A DNA stretch of 64,000 nt from Octopus sinensis (Eukaryota): NCBI RefSeq assembly GCF_006345805.1, contig NW_021835994.1:137843-201842 (forward strand), given 5' to 3'. A model generated the notes under the pieces. It was not told the DNA's origin, made no database searches, and worked only from the letters and a program-made list of their open reading frames with translations. Within the stretch, counting starts at the first letter, position 1. Each line of letters begins with the position of its first letter. Positions 47,323-59,661 of the stretch are shown in pieces. A program made the translations under genes and the position numbers.

Positions 47323-50300
47323 ATGCCATCAAAGAAATATCGAACATTATCTCAAGAAAATAGAGAATTTCAAATTGAATGGGAAGAAAAGTTTTTTTTC
47401 GTTGAACTGAATGGTAAAGCTGTTTGTTTGATATGCAACTGTGTCATTAATTCATTGAAAAATTATACTATTGAACGTCATTATAAGAAGCACTCCGAAA
47501 TATACAATTTATATCTCGGAGAGTCAAGGAAAAAAAAACTCTATATATTAAAGACGTCATTTAAAAATCAGTCCTCAATATTTAAACCAGTGGAAAATAA
47601 GCATCAGTTATTAACGTCTTATAAAATTAGCCACCTTCTTGCTGTAAATATGAAACCTTATTCTGACGGAGAAATTATTAAAACTGCTATTTCCATTTTT
47701 TGTGATGAATGTTGTCCGTCAAATATACAAAATATTGCAAAACGATTACCATTAAGTAATGATACTATTACAAGAAGAATAGAATGTATTTTTGAGGACC
47801 TTGCCCGTCAGCTAATCAAGTTCTTTACTATTAAAAATAATTTTATAGAACATCGAAAGATTTTTTATATCATTCTTTTGCTGTCGACACGAGTAAAGAT
47901 ATCTCTGATACCGAACAAATGGTCGTATGCATTAGAGGTGTCACTTCGGATTTTAAAATTTCTGAAGAATTTTTTTCTCTTCGTTCATTAAAAGGCACTA
48001 CAAAGGAATGGATGTACTTAACGAATTCCTTGAAAGTATTAAAGAATTTGACATTGATCCTTCCAAAATAATTTCCATATGTACTGATGGGGGGGCGAAT
48101 ATGATTGGTCGTAATAAAGGGTTTCATGGACTTTATTCAGAATGGAGACTTGAAAAAAATCTTGATCCTATATTTTGGCAACATTGTATCATTCATCAGG
48201 AGAATATAATCGCAAAGTCACTTAAATGCAAAATGTAATAAGTACGGTGTTGTCCATTGTGAATTGGATACGCGGTAAATCTCTCAATCACAGGAGATTT
48301 AAAAAAATGTTAGTGGAAATTGACACAGTGCATAATGATGTGCTTTACCATACCACTGTTCGATGGTTGAGTCGTGCCGCGTGCCTCAAAAGGTATATTT
48401 GCTTGAATAGAAGTTAGATTTTATGAACTACTCCCTCAAATAAGAGAATTTGTTAAAGACCACAAATACCATGATTTGTTGAGCAGTAAAGAGTGGATTG
48501 CCGATTTAGCTTTTTGGGTAGATCTAACCTCTCATTTATCGTCGTTAAATTGTGAATTACAGGGGAAATATAAATTTTGCCATCAACTCTATGGATCTAT
48601 TGCTTCTTTTATATCAAAATTAAAACTTTGGAGGGATCAAATAATGCTCAAAGATACAATTCATTTTACTTGTTTGAGTGAAAATAAAGCTAACGGTTCA
48701 TTTGAAAAATATACTACCATTATCAGTCACCTTATTGTTGAATTTGAAAAACGTTCTAAGGTTTATTAAAATTTAGTTTATTTTAAGAATTTTGATGAAA
48801 TTTTGCCATCAATGAAAATTTTTGCAGCACCATTCAATATAGATCCTAAGAATGCTCCGCCATCACTCCAATTAGAATTGATAGACCTTCAATCAGATGT
48901 GCAATTTACCTCAGTGCAAAAGATTGAAAATTTAATGGAATTTTATAGTTCACTTCCCAAAGAAAAATATCCGAATATACTCATAAATGCTTATAAATAT
49001 GCTTCAATGTTCGGATCCACTTATTTATGTGAGTCAATTTTCAGTAAAATGATTCACATAAAAAATAAATATCGAAATAAATTGACTGATAATCACTTAT
49101 GCCAGCTTTTGCGATCTACAGTACCTCAAATTTTCGGACCACCCTATTTTTCAATTTCCAAGTCAATCCTAAATTATTTTTATACGGTTCTTTAGAGAAA
49201 CTTATTAGATAAGCTTAAACACATTTATTCTATTTTAAAAACTTGGACAGATATTCATGTTTGGCGCAATTTTAAAATTATCGATTTTATACTCGATCAT
49301 ATGTTCCGGACCAGTTTAAAAAAAACCGAAAATTTATTAAACTTATAAAAAGTTAATAATTAATATTTCCTCCGTTGTTCGTTATAACAGCATTTATTCG
49401 CTCTGGAAGTGAATTGTATAATTTTTCAATGTACGAATTATCAATCTCGTACCAAATTTTTTTGGTCAAATTCCAGAGCTCTGGAAGATCTTTTGGTTCC
49501 AGATCATAAAGTTTTTGTTTTAGTACCGACCACATATTTTCAATAATATTCAGTTCGGGTGACTGGCTCGGCCAAGTTTCTAAGATTTTTATTTGTTTCC
49601 TTTGAAAAAAATTCATTGTCGACATGGACCGATGGGAAGGAGCGCCGTCTTGCTGGAGATACATTATAATTCTCTGATACTCTGCGGAATCAACATTTTT
49701 AATGCATAAGACAATGTTTCTCCATCCATTTGCAGCAATAGCTCCCCAGACCATAATGCTAGGAGAAAATTTTCGTGTTTTTAAACAATATTTTGAGTCA
49801 AATCTAGAGTTTGGTGGCCTTCTAACATAATTTTTTGTGTTTGAATGCAAATTTATTTTGCATTCATCACTAAAAATAATTTTACCCCAATCATTTTGGC
49901 TCCAAGTTAATTTCTCAATGCACCAATTTTTTCTAGCCTTTTTATGGCATATGGAAAGACTTGGTTTTGGGCATTGCTTTCGCCCATTCAAATTATTTCT
50001 TTGTAGGCATCTTTTAATTGTATTTGTGCTTACAATAGAATTTAATTTCATATCAAATTTAATTTGATTTGCCGTTTTTGTGGGGTCTGCTTTCGAAATT
50101 CTCACTAATTTGCGTTCAGATCTTGGGGATAACAATCTCGGTCGACCAGATTTGGGTCTGTCGGAATATAGTCCAACGGATGAATATCTGGAAATTGTTC
50201 TTTGAACAGCAGTTTTGGATATTTTTAATTTTTCGGCAATTTCTCTTTGTGAAGCTCCATCTTTAAAAAAGTGATGATAGCGACCCGATCAACCAGTGAA

Positions 50301-50649
50301 ACACGCGGCATTTGTTATTTATTAGTCTTTTGTTTTTAATTGAATCAAAAATTATTTAAATTTAAAGAGATTTAACTGGTTCGAAACATATGATTGCAAC
50401 TGGTCCGGAACATATGATCGAGTCAAAAATCAATTATATTCAATTGGCGCCAAACAAAAATATTTAAAGAAAATTTTAGAATAGAATAAATGTATTTAAG
50501 CTTATCTAATAAGTTTCTCTAAAGAACCGTATAAAAATAATTTAGGATTGACTTGGAAATTGAGAAAAATAGGGTGGTCCGAAACATTTGAGCGGTACTG
50601 TACATGTGCCTCCTATATTCCGTGTTATGACAAATTAGTTAACAATTAG
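47323..50649 (+). CDS. hAT transposase with three tiny introns, C-terminus interrupted by a Tc1
   Basis: Introns 47820-47848, 48393-48417 and 48761-48787 restore SFAVDTS, ICTDG, HCIIH, WLSR..LKR-FYEL and FGSTYLCE. Two homopolymer -1 slips (~48003, ~48225). The last 15 codons resume at 50603. Confidence 0.85.
49119..50600 (-). mobile_element. Tc1 transposon with ~200-bp IR/DR-type inverted repeats and a TA TSD
   Basis: TA|CAGTACC at 49119 and GGTACTG|TA at 50600. The long imperfect IRs carry internal TT(C)CGGACCA repeats. Transposase 50312-49353 has IFSDE, QQDGAPSH and SPELNIIE, one homopolymer slip and an internal deletion. Confidence 0.93.
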
Positions 50650-51987
50650 TTAAAATAGCTAACAATTTTTCGTTTTAGTTAACAATTTTTCGTTTTAGTC
50701 ATTTTCCTTTAATTAATTAAGACTAACTATCTCGGTTTCTGAATAAAAAATGAATCTAAAAAAAAATTAGTTAAAAGTTAATGAAAGTTTTAATTTAATT
50801 TATTCTGCGGCCCCGAAGACAATGGTTAATTATCGATTTGGCCCCGACGTTAAAAAACTTGAGAAACCCTGCTCTAGACAATTGACTCTCTAAACTTCCA
50901 TTCGACAGTCTCACTTTGTAAAGCATACTGTGTATATGTTAACGTATGTTTTCGGTTGACAAATGTAAACCGTAAAGTTCTAATAATTTTTCAGACAATT
51001 CATTATTTGAGAGCATTATATTCAATTCAATGCATACAATCATGAAATCCCGATGTATGACCTTTTGATGTCTTTCTCCATCTCTTCCCGTACTTGTCAA
51101 ATCACGTTTATCAGGGTTGATTAGGGTTTCGTAGGAGTTGGAATTTTTTTGAACTATTTTGAGTGGTTATATGGGAGGTTTTATACTTTTTCACAGCTTT
51201 CTGGGTTTTTGTCGGAGTAATATCCAATTCAAATCTAACCAGTCTTAATCGACACAAAAAGTAGTCAATTTGATTATATATTTTGATTACATGTCTTTCC
51301 GACTCAGACATTCTCCCGTCAAGGTCGTGATATGCCATGCAACGTGTCGAAATTCCGTGTTGCAAGTGAATGCTGGCCATGGTTGTTGCAGACATGTTCC
51401 TCCGTCCTCTCCCGTGGGTACCCATGAAGTTTGATCCTCAGGCTTCTTTTCCAACCTTCGCATTCAAATCTATCTAAAATAATAGGGATATTTCCATAAG
51501 GGTTGTAAATAGTGAACTGTAAGAGTAATCCAGTTGCCTTGGGTTTTTAGACGCTTTTTGAGATTTAGGTATATATAAATGTATGATTGTGGAGTTAGAT
51601 CCAATATCTGTAATTCATTTTCAAGATTCTTTTGATATATTACCATAGTCTGATATCCACGGGGGAGCAACATGAAGTCATGGTAAGCATTTTGTTCGTA
51701 AAGTCCTTCTTTGACTTTGCAGGGAGCAGATAGTCATCCTGGAAAAGTGACCGCCTTTTCACGGACGACTTTAATCCTTTAACGTTCAGATACCCAACGT
51801 AAACAGAGAGTTTGAAAAGAGTAAACAAGACTTTTTGCAAATTTGAGATCCGTTATTAACCTCAATCAAAAACCGTCGGTTATTTAATCTTTTCATAATT
51901 AAATATAAAAATTAACAGCAGGCAAATATTAGTTCATTAAATTAATTTTTTAATAATAGTTGTAAATTAATAATTACGAATACTCGA

Positions 51988-53112
51988 ATGAAAGTACTCA
52001 TTACTGGTGCCAACAGGTAGTGTCTCTGCTCCACTGTAGTGGAATCGGCTACTCCACTGCCAAACTGTTAGTGGAGAGTGATCCCTCCCTCCATCTTTTC
52101 ATTGCCTGTAGAAATGTACAGAAAGGCATGGAAGCCGTCACTTCTCTCGGACAACACAGCCAAACATGCCAAATAAATCTCGTCCTCATAGACATGGCCT
52201 CCCGACAGTCCATTTCCAGGGCTGTGGAGAATATTAAAGCACAGTACTCATTCCCCACACCCCAGAACAGACCACCTCGACGTCCTTATATGCAATGCAG
52301 GAACCATGGGCACTTGTCACGTAGTCTGGAGTTATTTCATAAAAAACTTATTTTCCACGTATTTTGCCTAATAATGCCCAGAAATGTGTTTGATATGTTT
52401 TCGACGGGCAAAGGACTGCTCTGTCAGCAAGACAGGTCCACGGAGGATGGATTGAAGGAGATCTTCGCCACCAACGTTTTTGGTCACTTCCAACTGTTTC
52501 TCCAACTCCTGCCAATCCTGGGAGGGCAGGACGGTCGGACTCGAATTATTTGGACTTCTTCCTCCAACGCCAGCAAAAAGGAGTTTTCCTTCCAAGATTT
52601 ACAGTTTGAAAAGACGTATTGAACAGTCTGACTAGCAGGCAGTAGGGAACCCTATTCGGCCTCCAAATATGCAGTGGATTTGCTCAGTGCTGCCATCAAC
52701 TTCCGTTTTGGGAGATCACATGTACTTGGGGGTGTCAGTCGTAGAATATATTCTCGGTTGTGGGCAATCCGGGGATGGTTGTGACTGGAATGACTTTGGG
52801 GATTATGCCTTCCTCGTTTTGGTCTGTTTGTACTCCGTTTTTGTGCTTAATGAGGTTTTTTGTGCCAGAAATGACCATCTGGCCTGAATATGCGGCTGAG
52901 TTACTCCACTTCTTGGCCTGTGATGGGTCACTGGACGAAGAGGACTGGACAAGCAAGTACCACTGTGCCACGACTGTGTTTGGATATGTCACGTTTCGTA
53001 GAGAGAGAGTATTGGCTGGGTTTATGGGCTGTAGTGTGAGGATTTAGCAAGGAAGGAGGAGAGTTTGAAATATATTGGAATTCTTGATGAATTATTGGAT
53101 AGTTTGGGATGA
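51988..53112 (+). CDS. HSD17B7: HSD17B7-like reductase, copy 2
   Basis: Same exons as 10808-11932; length differences fall only in introns 4 (+1) and 5 (-1). Confidence 0.9.
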
Positions 53113-53198
53113 TTTGATTTTTATTTATTTTATTAGTTTTAATTATTTTGGAATAAATATTTAATTGTTTTTGTTGTTTGTGTAATTTGTCCAACCAA

Positions 53199-54162
53199 AT
53201 GCATCGAACTTTACATTTACGACGCCCAGAGAACGAACAGGCCGGAATAATCGACGTCTGGCAGTACAACGTCGACCGAGAGTTTCTACAAATCCAGGAA
53301 ATAGCCCAAAACTACCACTACATAGCAATTGTACTGCCCACCCCTACTCCCAGGACACCGAATTCCCCGGCTGCATCGAACAAGTCGACCACCGGGTTGT
53401 CAAACACCACGGCTATCAAAACGTGGCTGCCAACCTCCGCCAACTAAACGTGATCCAAATCGGGATTTCCTTCTTCACGGAGGACGGACAGTGCCCTCCG
53501 GGATTCCACACGTGGCAATTCAACCTCAAATTCAATCTCAAGTTTTTCCGCCTTTCCATCATAGACGGGAAAAATTCAACGAGTCCTCAATCCGACTTTT
53601 ACAGAGCGCGGGCCTCAATTTCGAGGACCACGAGAAGTACGGAATCGACCACGACACTTTGGGGTGCCTGTTCTACACGTCGGGACTGATCCTCGACCCC
53701 CGCAAGGTCTTTATTGGCTTCCACTGGTTTGTTGAGTTGTTTTGATGTGTTCAGTGCCTTTGATTTTGCCTATCTTGTCAAGGTTCTCAAGTCTGGGTTG
53801 GTTCCGTCTTCGGAAACGCGTTTTTTTACTTATTTGAGAAAGTTTTTTCCGCGGATTTATGACTTGAAGTACATGATGAAGTCATGCAGGTCATTGCGTG
53901 GGGGACTTCAGGATATTTGCACGTTTTTTGATGTTTGTTGTTGGGGGATGGTTTTGTAGATCAGACGACTGGGGATGCAGCATCAGGCGGGGAGTGACAG
54001 TTGGGTGACGGGGATGTGCTTTTTTAGAATGAGAGATGTTTTGGTTTCTCTCTAGTTTAGCTGTTTTTTGCTCCTCATTTGAACGAACGACAGTATTGCA
54101 ATATGCTCTTCTTTTTGGGAGGGGAAGCGATGCAGGAGATCACCGATGAGTCTTGTGTTTGA
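53199..54162 (+). CDS. CNOT7: CAF1/CNOT7, copy 2
   Basis: Collinear with 12019-12982, same length and introns. Confidence 0.92.
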
Positions 54163-57000
54163 ATTGAATTATCTTCTCTTTGTTTTATTTATTAAAAAAG
54201 TGATTTTTGTAAACGTTGGGTTGAATTGTGCTCATTTTTCGTTCCTTATTGCTATTTTCTTCACGTTTTCTTTTGATACTGGATTCCATTGGACTCGACA
54301 GGTCCGACGGAAAATGTTCAATGCATTATAACAGCGTTTCCCAAAGTGGGTGCTGCGGCAAATACTAGGGGTGACCCAAAATTCGAAAAATTATTTTATT
54401 ACGTAAGTAAATTATAAAAAGTTGCAATTAGAGATAAAGAAACGAAAATAACTGTACGAATATCTGTTATACGAATTTGAAAAGAGTTGTGAACAGCTTT
54501 TATCGAAAGCCGAATGTAGGCTTTGTTTGAAAAAAATTAGCACTTTTACTTGTTCTGAGAAGATAATGAACATAGTGAAAAGTTCTGTTTATGAAGCACT
54601 GACGTCTCTTTCGAAGTAATGGCATACTTCTTTTGTGACTTAGATTAGCTATTTAATTGCCAAAATGGGTGAAGCACATTCGATTGGCTAAATACTGATC
54701 AAACCATGCGTAGAAAAGATTGAATTAGTTTCATTTTCCAATAACACGATTAGTAGGAGAATACATGATATGAAAGCAGAACTCGAATAACAGTTAATAA
54801 CACGAATGAAAAATCTGCTTTTGATTTGCATGGATGATTCACTTATATTAATGATTTTTATTTGTTATTTCTACAATGAATCTATCGAAGATTTTTTTCT
54901 TTGTAAGTCGATTAATTTTATTTATTTATTATTTATTAAATCAAATGAAAATAAATAACAAATATTCAATTGTATCAATAATTATTTTAATGAAACAAAT
55001 ATTTCCTAGATAAACTGTATCAGCGTTATCACTGCGGAACCGGATGTCTTAATCGGTCACACAACAAAAATGGGGGAGACAAGATTGACCAGAAGAGACA
55101 CACGACTCTGTTTGGATTAGTTAGTTCATTGGTAACATGTTCTCTTTCTGTCTTGTTCTTTCTATAAAAAAGCGTGGACTGCCTGAGCGAGATGGGAGAC
55201 ATGTCAACATGTTTACATTCGCGTAAGGGCTATTTACGATTTTTACGAAACTGTATTGATGTTTGTACCGATGAAGAAAAATCAATCACTGGAAAATTTT
55301 CTGGAGCAGTTTTTCGTATTAAAGAAATAGCTTGAAAATATTTTACCAATCACTGTATTCTGCATTTGTGTCCAAAAATTTACCTATCCACTCAAAAAAC
55401 CATCTCAATTCGCGGGCGTAACCTGTGAGTGTCGAAATCCGAGACCCGATCTACTGAACAAAGCTGATTGCCTTTCCGAACAAAGAACCAGATTTCTCAA
55501 CTGAGAATGGAAAGAATTGGTACTTCTCCGCAAGTGAAGAGTACTTTCGCATATTTTTACATTCGGCAGTAGTGGCGATTGATTCAGGGGCGTATGTGGA
55601 CATCAGCAGGTTCTTGGGCGAGAATGAGTCTACACACGTGCATTCCAGGAGGGACGACGGGCCGTCTCGAAGCAGGCCAAACGATGTTGATCAAGGGATG
55701 CGCGGAATGACTTAATACGCGATTGAAGGCGAATTTCTTTCCAAGCAAATTGCATTTGCGGGAGGTCCGGAATTTCAAGACCAAGCGAGTGCCACTTCAT
55801 GACGGCCGATGATTACTCTGGAGGCACGTAAAAGATAAAATTATGGCTCTGTCACTAAAAAATACAATATTTGATATTATGTGTTAAAGAAAATAACTTC
55901 GAGTGTTTTCAACACAAACACGAATATATTGAGTCCACTACGTTGAACGAGGAATTTTTGTGAACTAGTAGATCATTTGGAGCAATTAAAAGTGAATATA
56001 AAAAAACATTTTCCAGACAAAAAAGTGAATAATGATCGAAGAGTTTTTTTTGGTGATATTTTTTTGGTAAAAAGTTTTTTAAAAATATTGTGTAATTGTT
56101 TTTTACTATTAAAAAGTCGTTTATTGAGCTCCTTACATAATAGTCAATAAATCAAAAAATATTTTTTCGCTGAATATCAACAAATTCTTTAAATATTAAC
56201 AGATCACGAATTGAAATAATTGTTAAAAAAAGTTAAATAATTTTTAGATTTTAAACTGAATCATTGTTTAGTTTTTGGAGTAAAATACAAAATCAGTATC
56301 CTTCATTGTCAGACCAGGCTGTCCATGCGCTCTTACCATTTTCGACGACATATTTATCATTTTCGTTATACACTGCGACCAAAGCAAAATACAGGAATCA
56401 ATTAGATGCGTTGGTTGACATGAAAGTCCAACTCTCAAGTTTAACTCCTCTTATTAAACGACTTTGTAATTGTAAAAAACAATTACACAATATTTTTAAA
56501 AAACTTTTTACCAAAAAATATCACCAAAAAAAACTCTTTGATAAATTAATGAGGTTTTCACCGTGGTCTTAAATAAAATAAAAAATAAATAAAAATAACA
56601 GACTAATGGTTAGTTGTATTTCCTAACATTTAGATATAATTAAAAAATGAAACCAAAATAGTTACTATGAATAGAGTTAAAAAATGTTAAGTTTTTAAAT
56701 TTTTAGCAATTATCTTTTGTCAATAATTAGGTTCAAACTATGTAGGTCACCCTGTCAACAATGAAGGTCGCAGGAGTGGGGCGCGACATATCGGAATTAT
56801 ACTGTCACATCTTATGAATGCACAATCCTAATAATCCCACAATAGAACACCACCATCCTTCTTACCCGCGATCACTTTCCAGAGAAGAACACGGATTACT
56901 TTATCAACCCTTCTGACCTAACCTTAACTAAAAAAAAGTTGAAATCAACAGACAACAAATTTTTAAGCCAAAAAATCCCTAACCAATAAATTTCGAGAAC

Positions 57001-57578
57001 TTAGAAAGGCGCAGCAATACCGATAATTCCACAGGCAATTCGAGGACCACTATTCCCTGTGGTTGGACTCAACTCATGTTTGCCCCTGTTAAGGTCGTCG
57101 GCCCACTCGTGCAACTACAAATACATCCCTCCCACATACCACGAGTGTCCTCCCAATCACAGAGTGGGGTCCAATCAACTGAATCTGCGCATCACGTACA
57201 TCCAAATTCGCCATTCCATCAGAAAATAACAAATTGCCCAAATCACCGACATGTCTGATCAACAGAGAACGGGTACCTCTCTTCGTCAGTTATATCTCCG
57301 TGCACTTTTCCGAAGGGGTTGTAGTGACTACCCGCGGACGTACACCCTGCCAGTTTTGGGGAATGAATGTACCGTTTGTAAGGTCGCCAAATTCGTGGAT
57401 ATGAAACCCGTGTTGTCCGTCTGCGACTTTTCCGTTGAGAGTGGTGATTTTTCCGAAAATGTGAGTGGTCTCCGAAGCGGACTGTTTTAGTTATTTTAGT
57501 TTATACTGCTTGGGAAAATTTGATAATTCCATGAATATTTAAATCAGGGTTTGAGAGCACACAAACAGCGTACGCCAT
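57001..57578 (-). CDS. SOD1: Cu/Zn SOD, copy 2 (intact)
   Basis: Same 578-bp span and four introns as copy 1; two amino-acid differences seen (V/M, I/T), others synonymous or intronic. Confidence 0.95.
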
Positions 57579-59661
57579 GCAACTGAAATTATAATTTATT
57601 TGCCATATTATTACGTCTAATAAATATCATTTTTAATTATATACAAAAATTAATTCTTCTAACCTTAGCTGACCTATTCGCTCAAGTTTTGAAATCAAAA
57701 AATGTGAGACACATCCAAATCTACTATAGTTAGCTAGTTAATTTTTTGCGAAGAATAAATTCATCTTCGTTGTTAATCAAGTTTAGAAACTTGAAAGCGA
57801 ATGCTCATTTACAAACCCGATATAGTTTGAGTTAATTGCAGTTTTTCCTTTCTGTAGAACTGTTAGGTAAAGTCTAAAAATTCAGCTTCGCCATCAGAAT
57901 AAGGCTTCATATTTTTAGCCAATAGGTAACTAATTTTGTATGATGTCAGGTTAATATTAGACTAATATGTGCCACTTTTGAAAGTGGATGATCGCTTTAA
58001 ATAATCTTCTTTCATTTGTTTTAGTTTTTTCGTCCGAGAAACACCAGTGAATTTGTCATAAAGAATGGAGTGGGAACGGTAGTGCCGTTTGATTGTATAC
58101 GTTTTTAAAGTTACAATAATAGAATTGCATATTAGGCAAAGAGCCTTTCCATTGACCTCAATAATGAAATATTTTTCTTCCCAGATGTGTTGAAAAATCC
58201 TATTTTCCTTGGAAATTTTTTGAAAACATTTAGAATTCGACATCACAACAACAAATAAAAAATAAATCCTAGGAGCCGCAAATTAAATCCTGGGGCCGTA
58301 CTTGAGAGTCACTGAATTTGATAATTGACTTGCCTTTTATTTAATAATTCCAAAAACTTTTCTTTATAACAATGGAACGAGTTTATTAACACAAAATAAA
58401 ATGTGGAATTATACAAATTGAGACATCATCGACTTTTACCAACAGTTACATTTATTGAATAAAGTTTAGATTTATCATCAATTGTTTTGTTTTATTGAAA
58501 ATTTGGACATTTTCTGAAAATAAATTTCAAACCCAGTTTGTGACAGTATAGTTTAATGAATAAAATTTTATGCCAAGTTTAATGCTAACAGCTGCACTAA
58601 TTTCAATTCTAATATGAAAAATTTTTTTAAATCCAAATGTGCAGTAGTCAGGATATGATTTATCTTGAACAAAATAGAGTGGTTAAAAAATAAATATAAA
58701 ATTTAAGATGAAGAGATTAAACACATTTGCGACATTTCCAGACGGTTGTAAATATTTCCTTGCTTTTTGAAAATCAAAACTTAGAAACAAGAATGATAAC
58801 ATTTATAGTCAAATAAATAAGAATCCAATTCTGACGATTTGTTAAGTTCATTTTGTTTGGTAAAAGATGCAAAAATACCTTTAATTTGATATAAACCTCA
58901 TCTAAATAGATAAAACTATACCATTTCCCATACTAAATGGGATTAACACCAAACTAAGTGGGATTGGCAGAAAACTAAATGGGATTAACGTCAAACTAAG
59001 TGGGATTAACATCAAGCTCATCTTGTTGGTCGTCTACAAATATTGTATGAACTCAGACGATATTACACTCTGTCGTACAAAACTAATACAGGATGATCTG
59101 AGAATACGTGATAGAAAAAATAGTTTTTGGTAGAAGAGATTTTTAGTTTTAAAAGAATGTGGATGAAGTCTTAACCATGGATGATCTTAGTTATGTCTTT
59201 TTTAAAACACATAATAAACCATGAGCAACTCTAAAAATACTTTTCAGGAAATTTCTGTGATGTAAATCCTAATTCAGCAAAAGACGACGTAGACCATAAA
59301 AAGTAAAACCAGACAATCCTACCAATCTCCTTCACAAATAAACATTTAGTTGGTCAATATTGAAAAAATTATTAAGAATACGCGACGAACCTATCAGAAC
59401 AGAGTTAGTGGAAAATTAATTTAGAATGTTTAATCATGTTCGAAAAAGACATTATTTAGTATTATTTTTTAACAGTTTCATCTTCTTTTAAATGTTGTAT
59501 ATCGGATTTTGTAAGTTCAATTTGAACTACATAAAACACAGTGAAATAAAAATACAAAATGACAAATAACCCATCTAAAAAAGTGCCCGCAATACTGCAA
59601 TGAGTAAAAATACATAACTATCACTTTCAAATATAAAATGATTTTATTACTGAAAAGTCAA

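Larger units (their letters stand above)
47170..50871 (+). mobile_element. hAT (Buster/SPIN, GTF2IRD2-like) transposon, left TIR missing
   Basis: Right TIR TTGAGAAACCCTG ends at 50871, followed by the target CTCTAGAC (nnnTAnnn); GCGGCCCC subterminal repeats at both ends. Confidence 0.9.
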
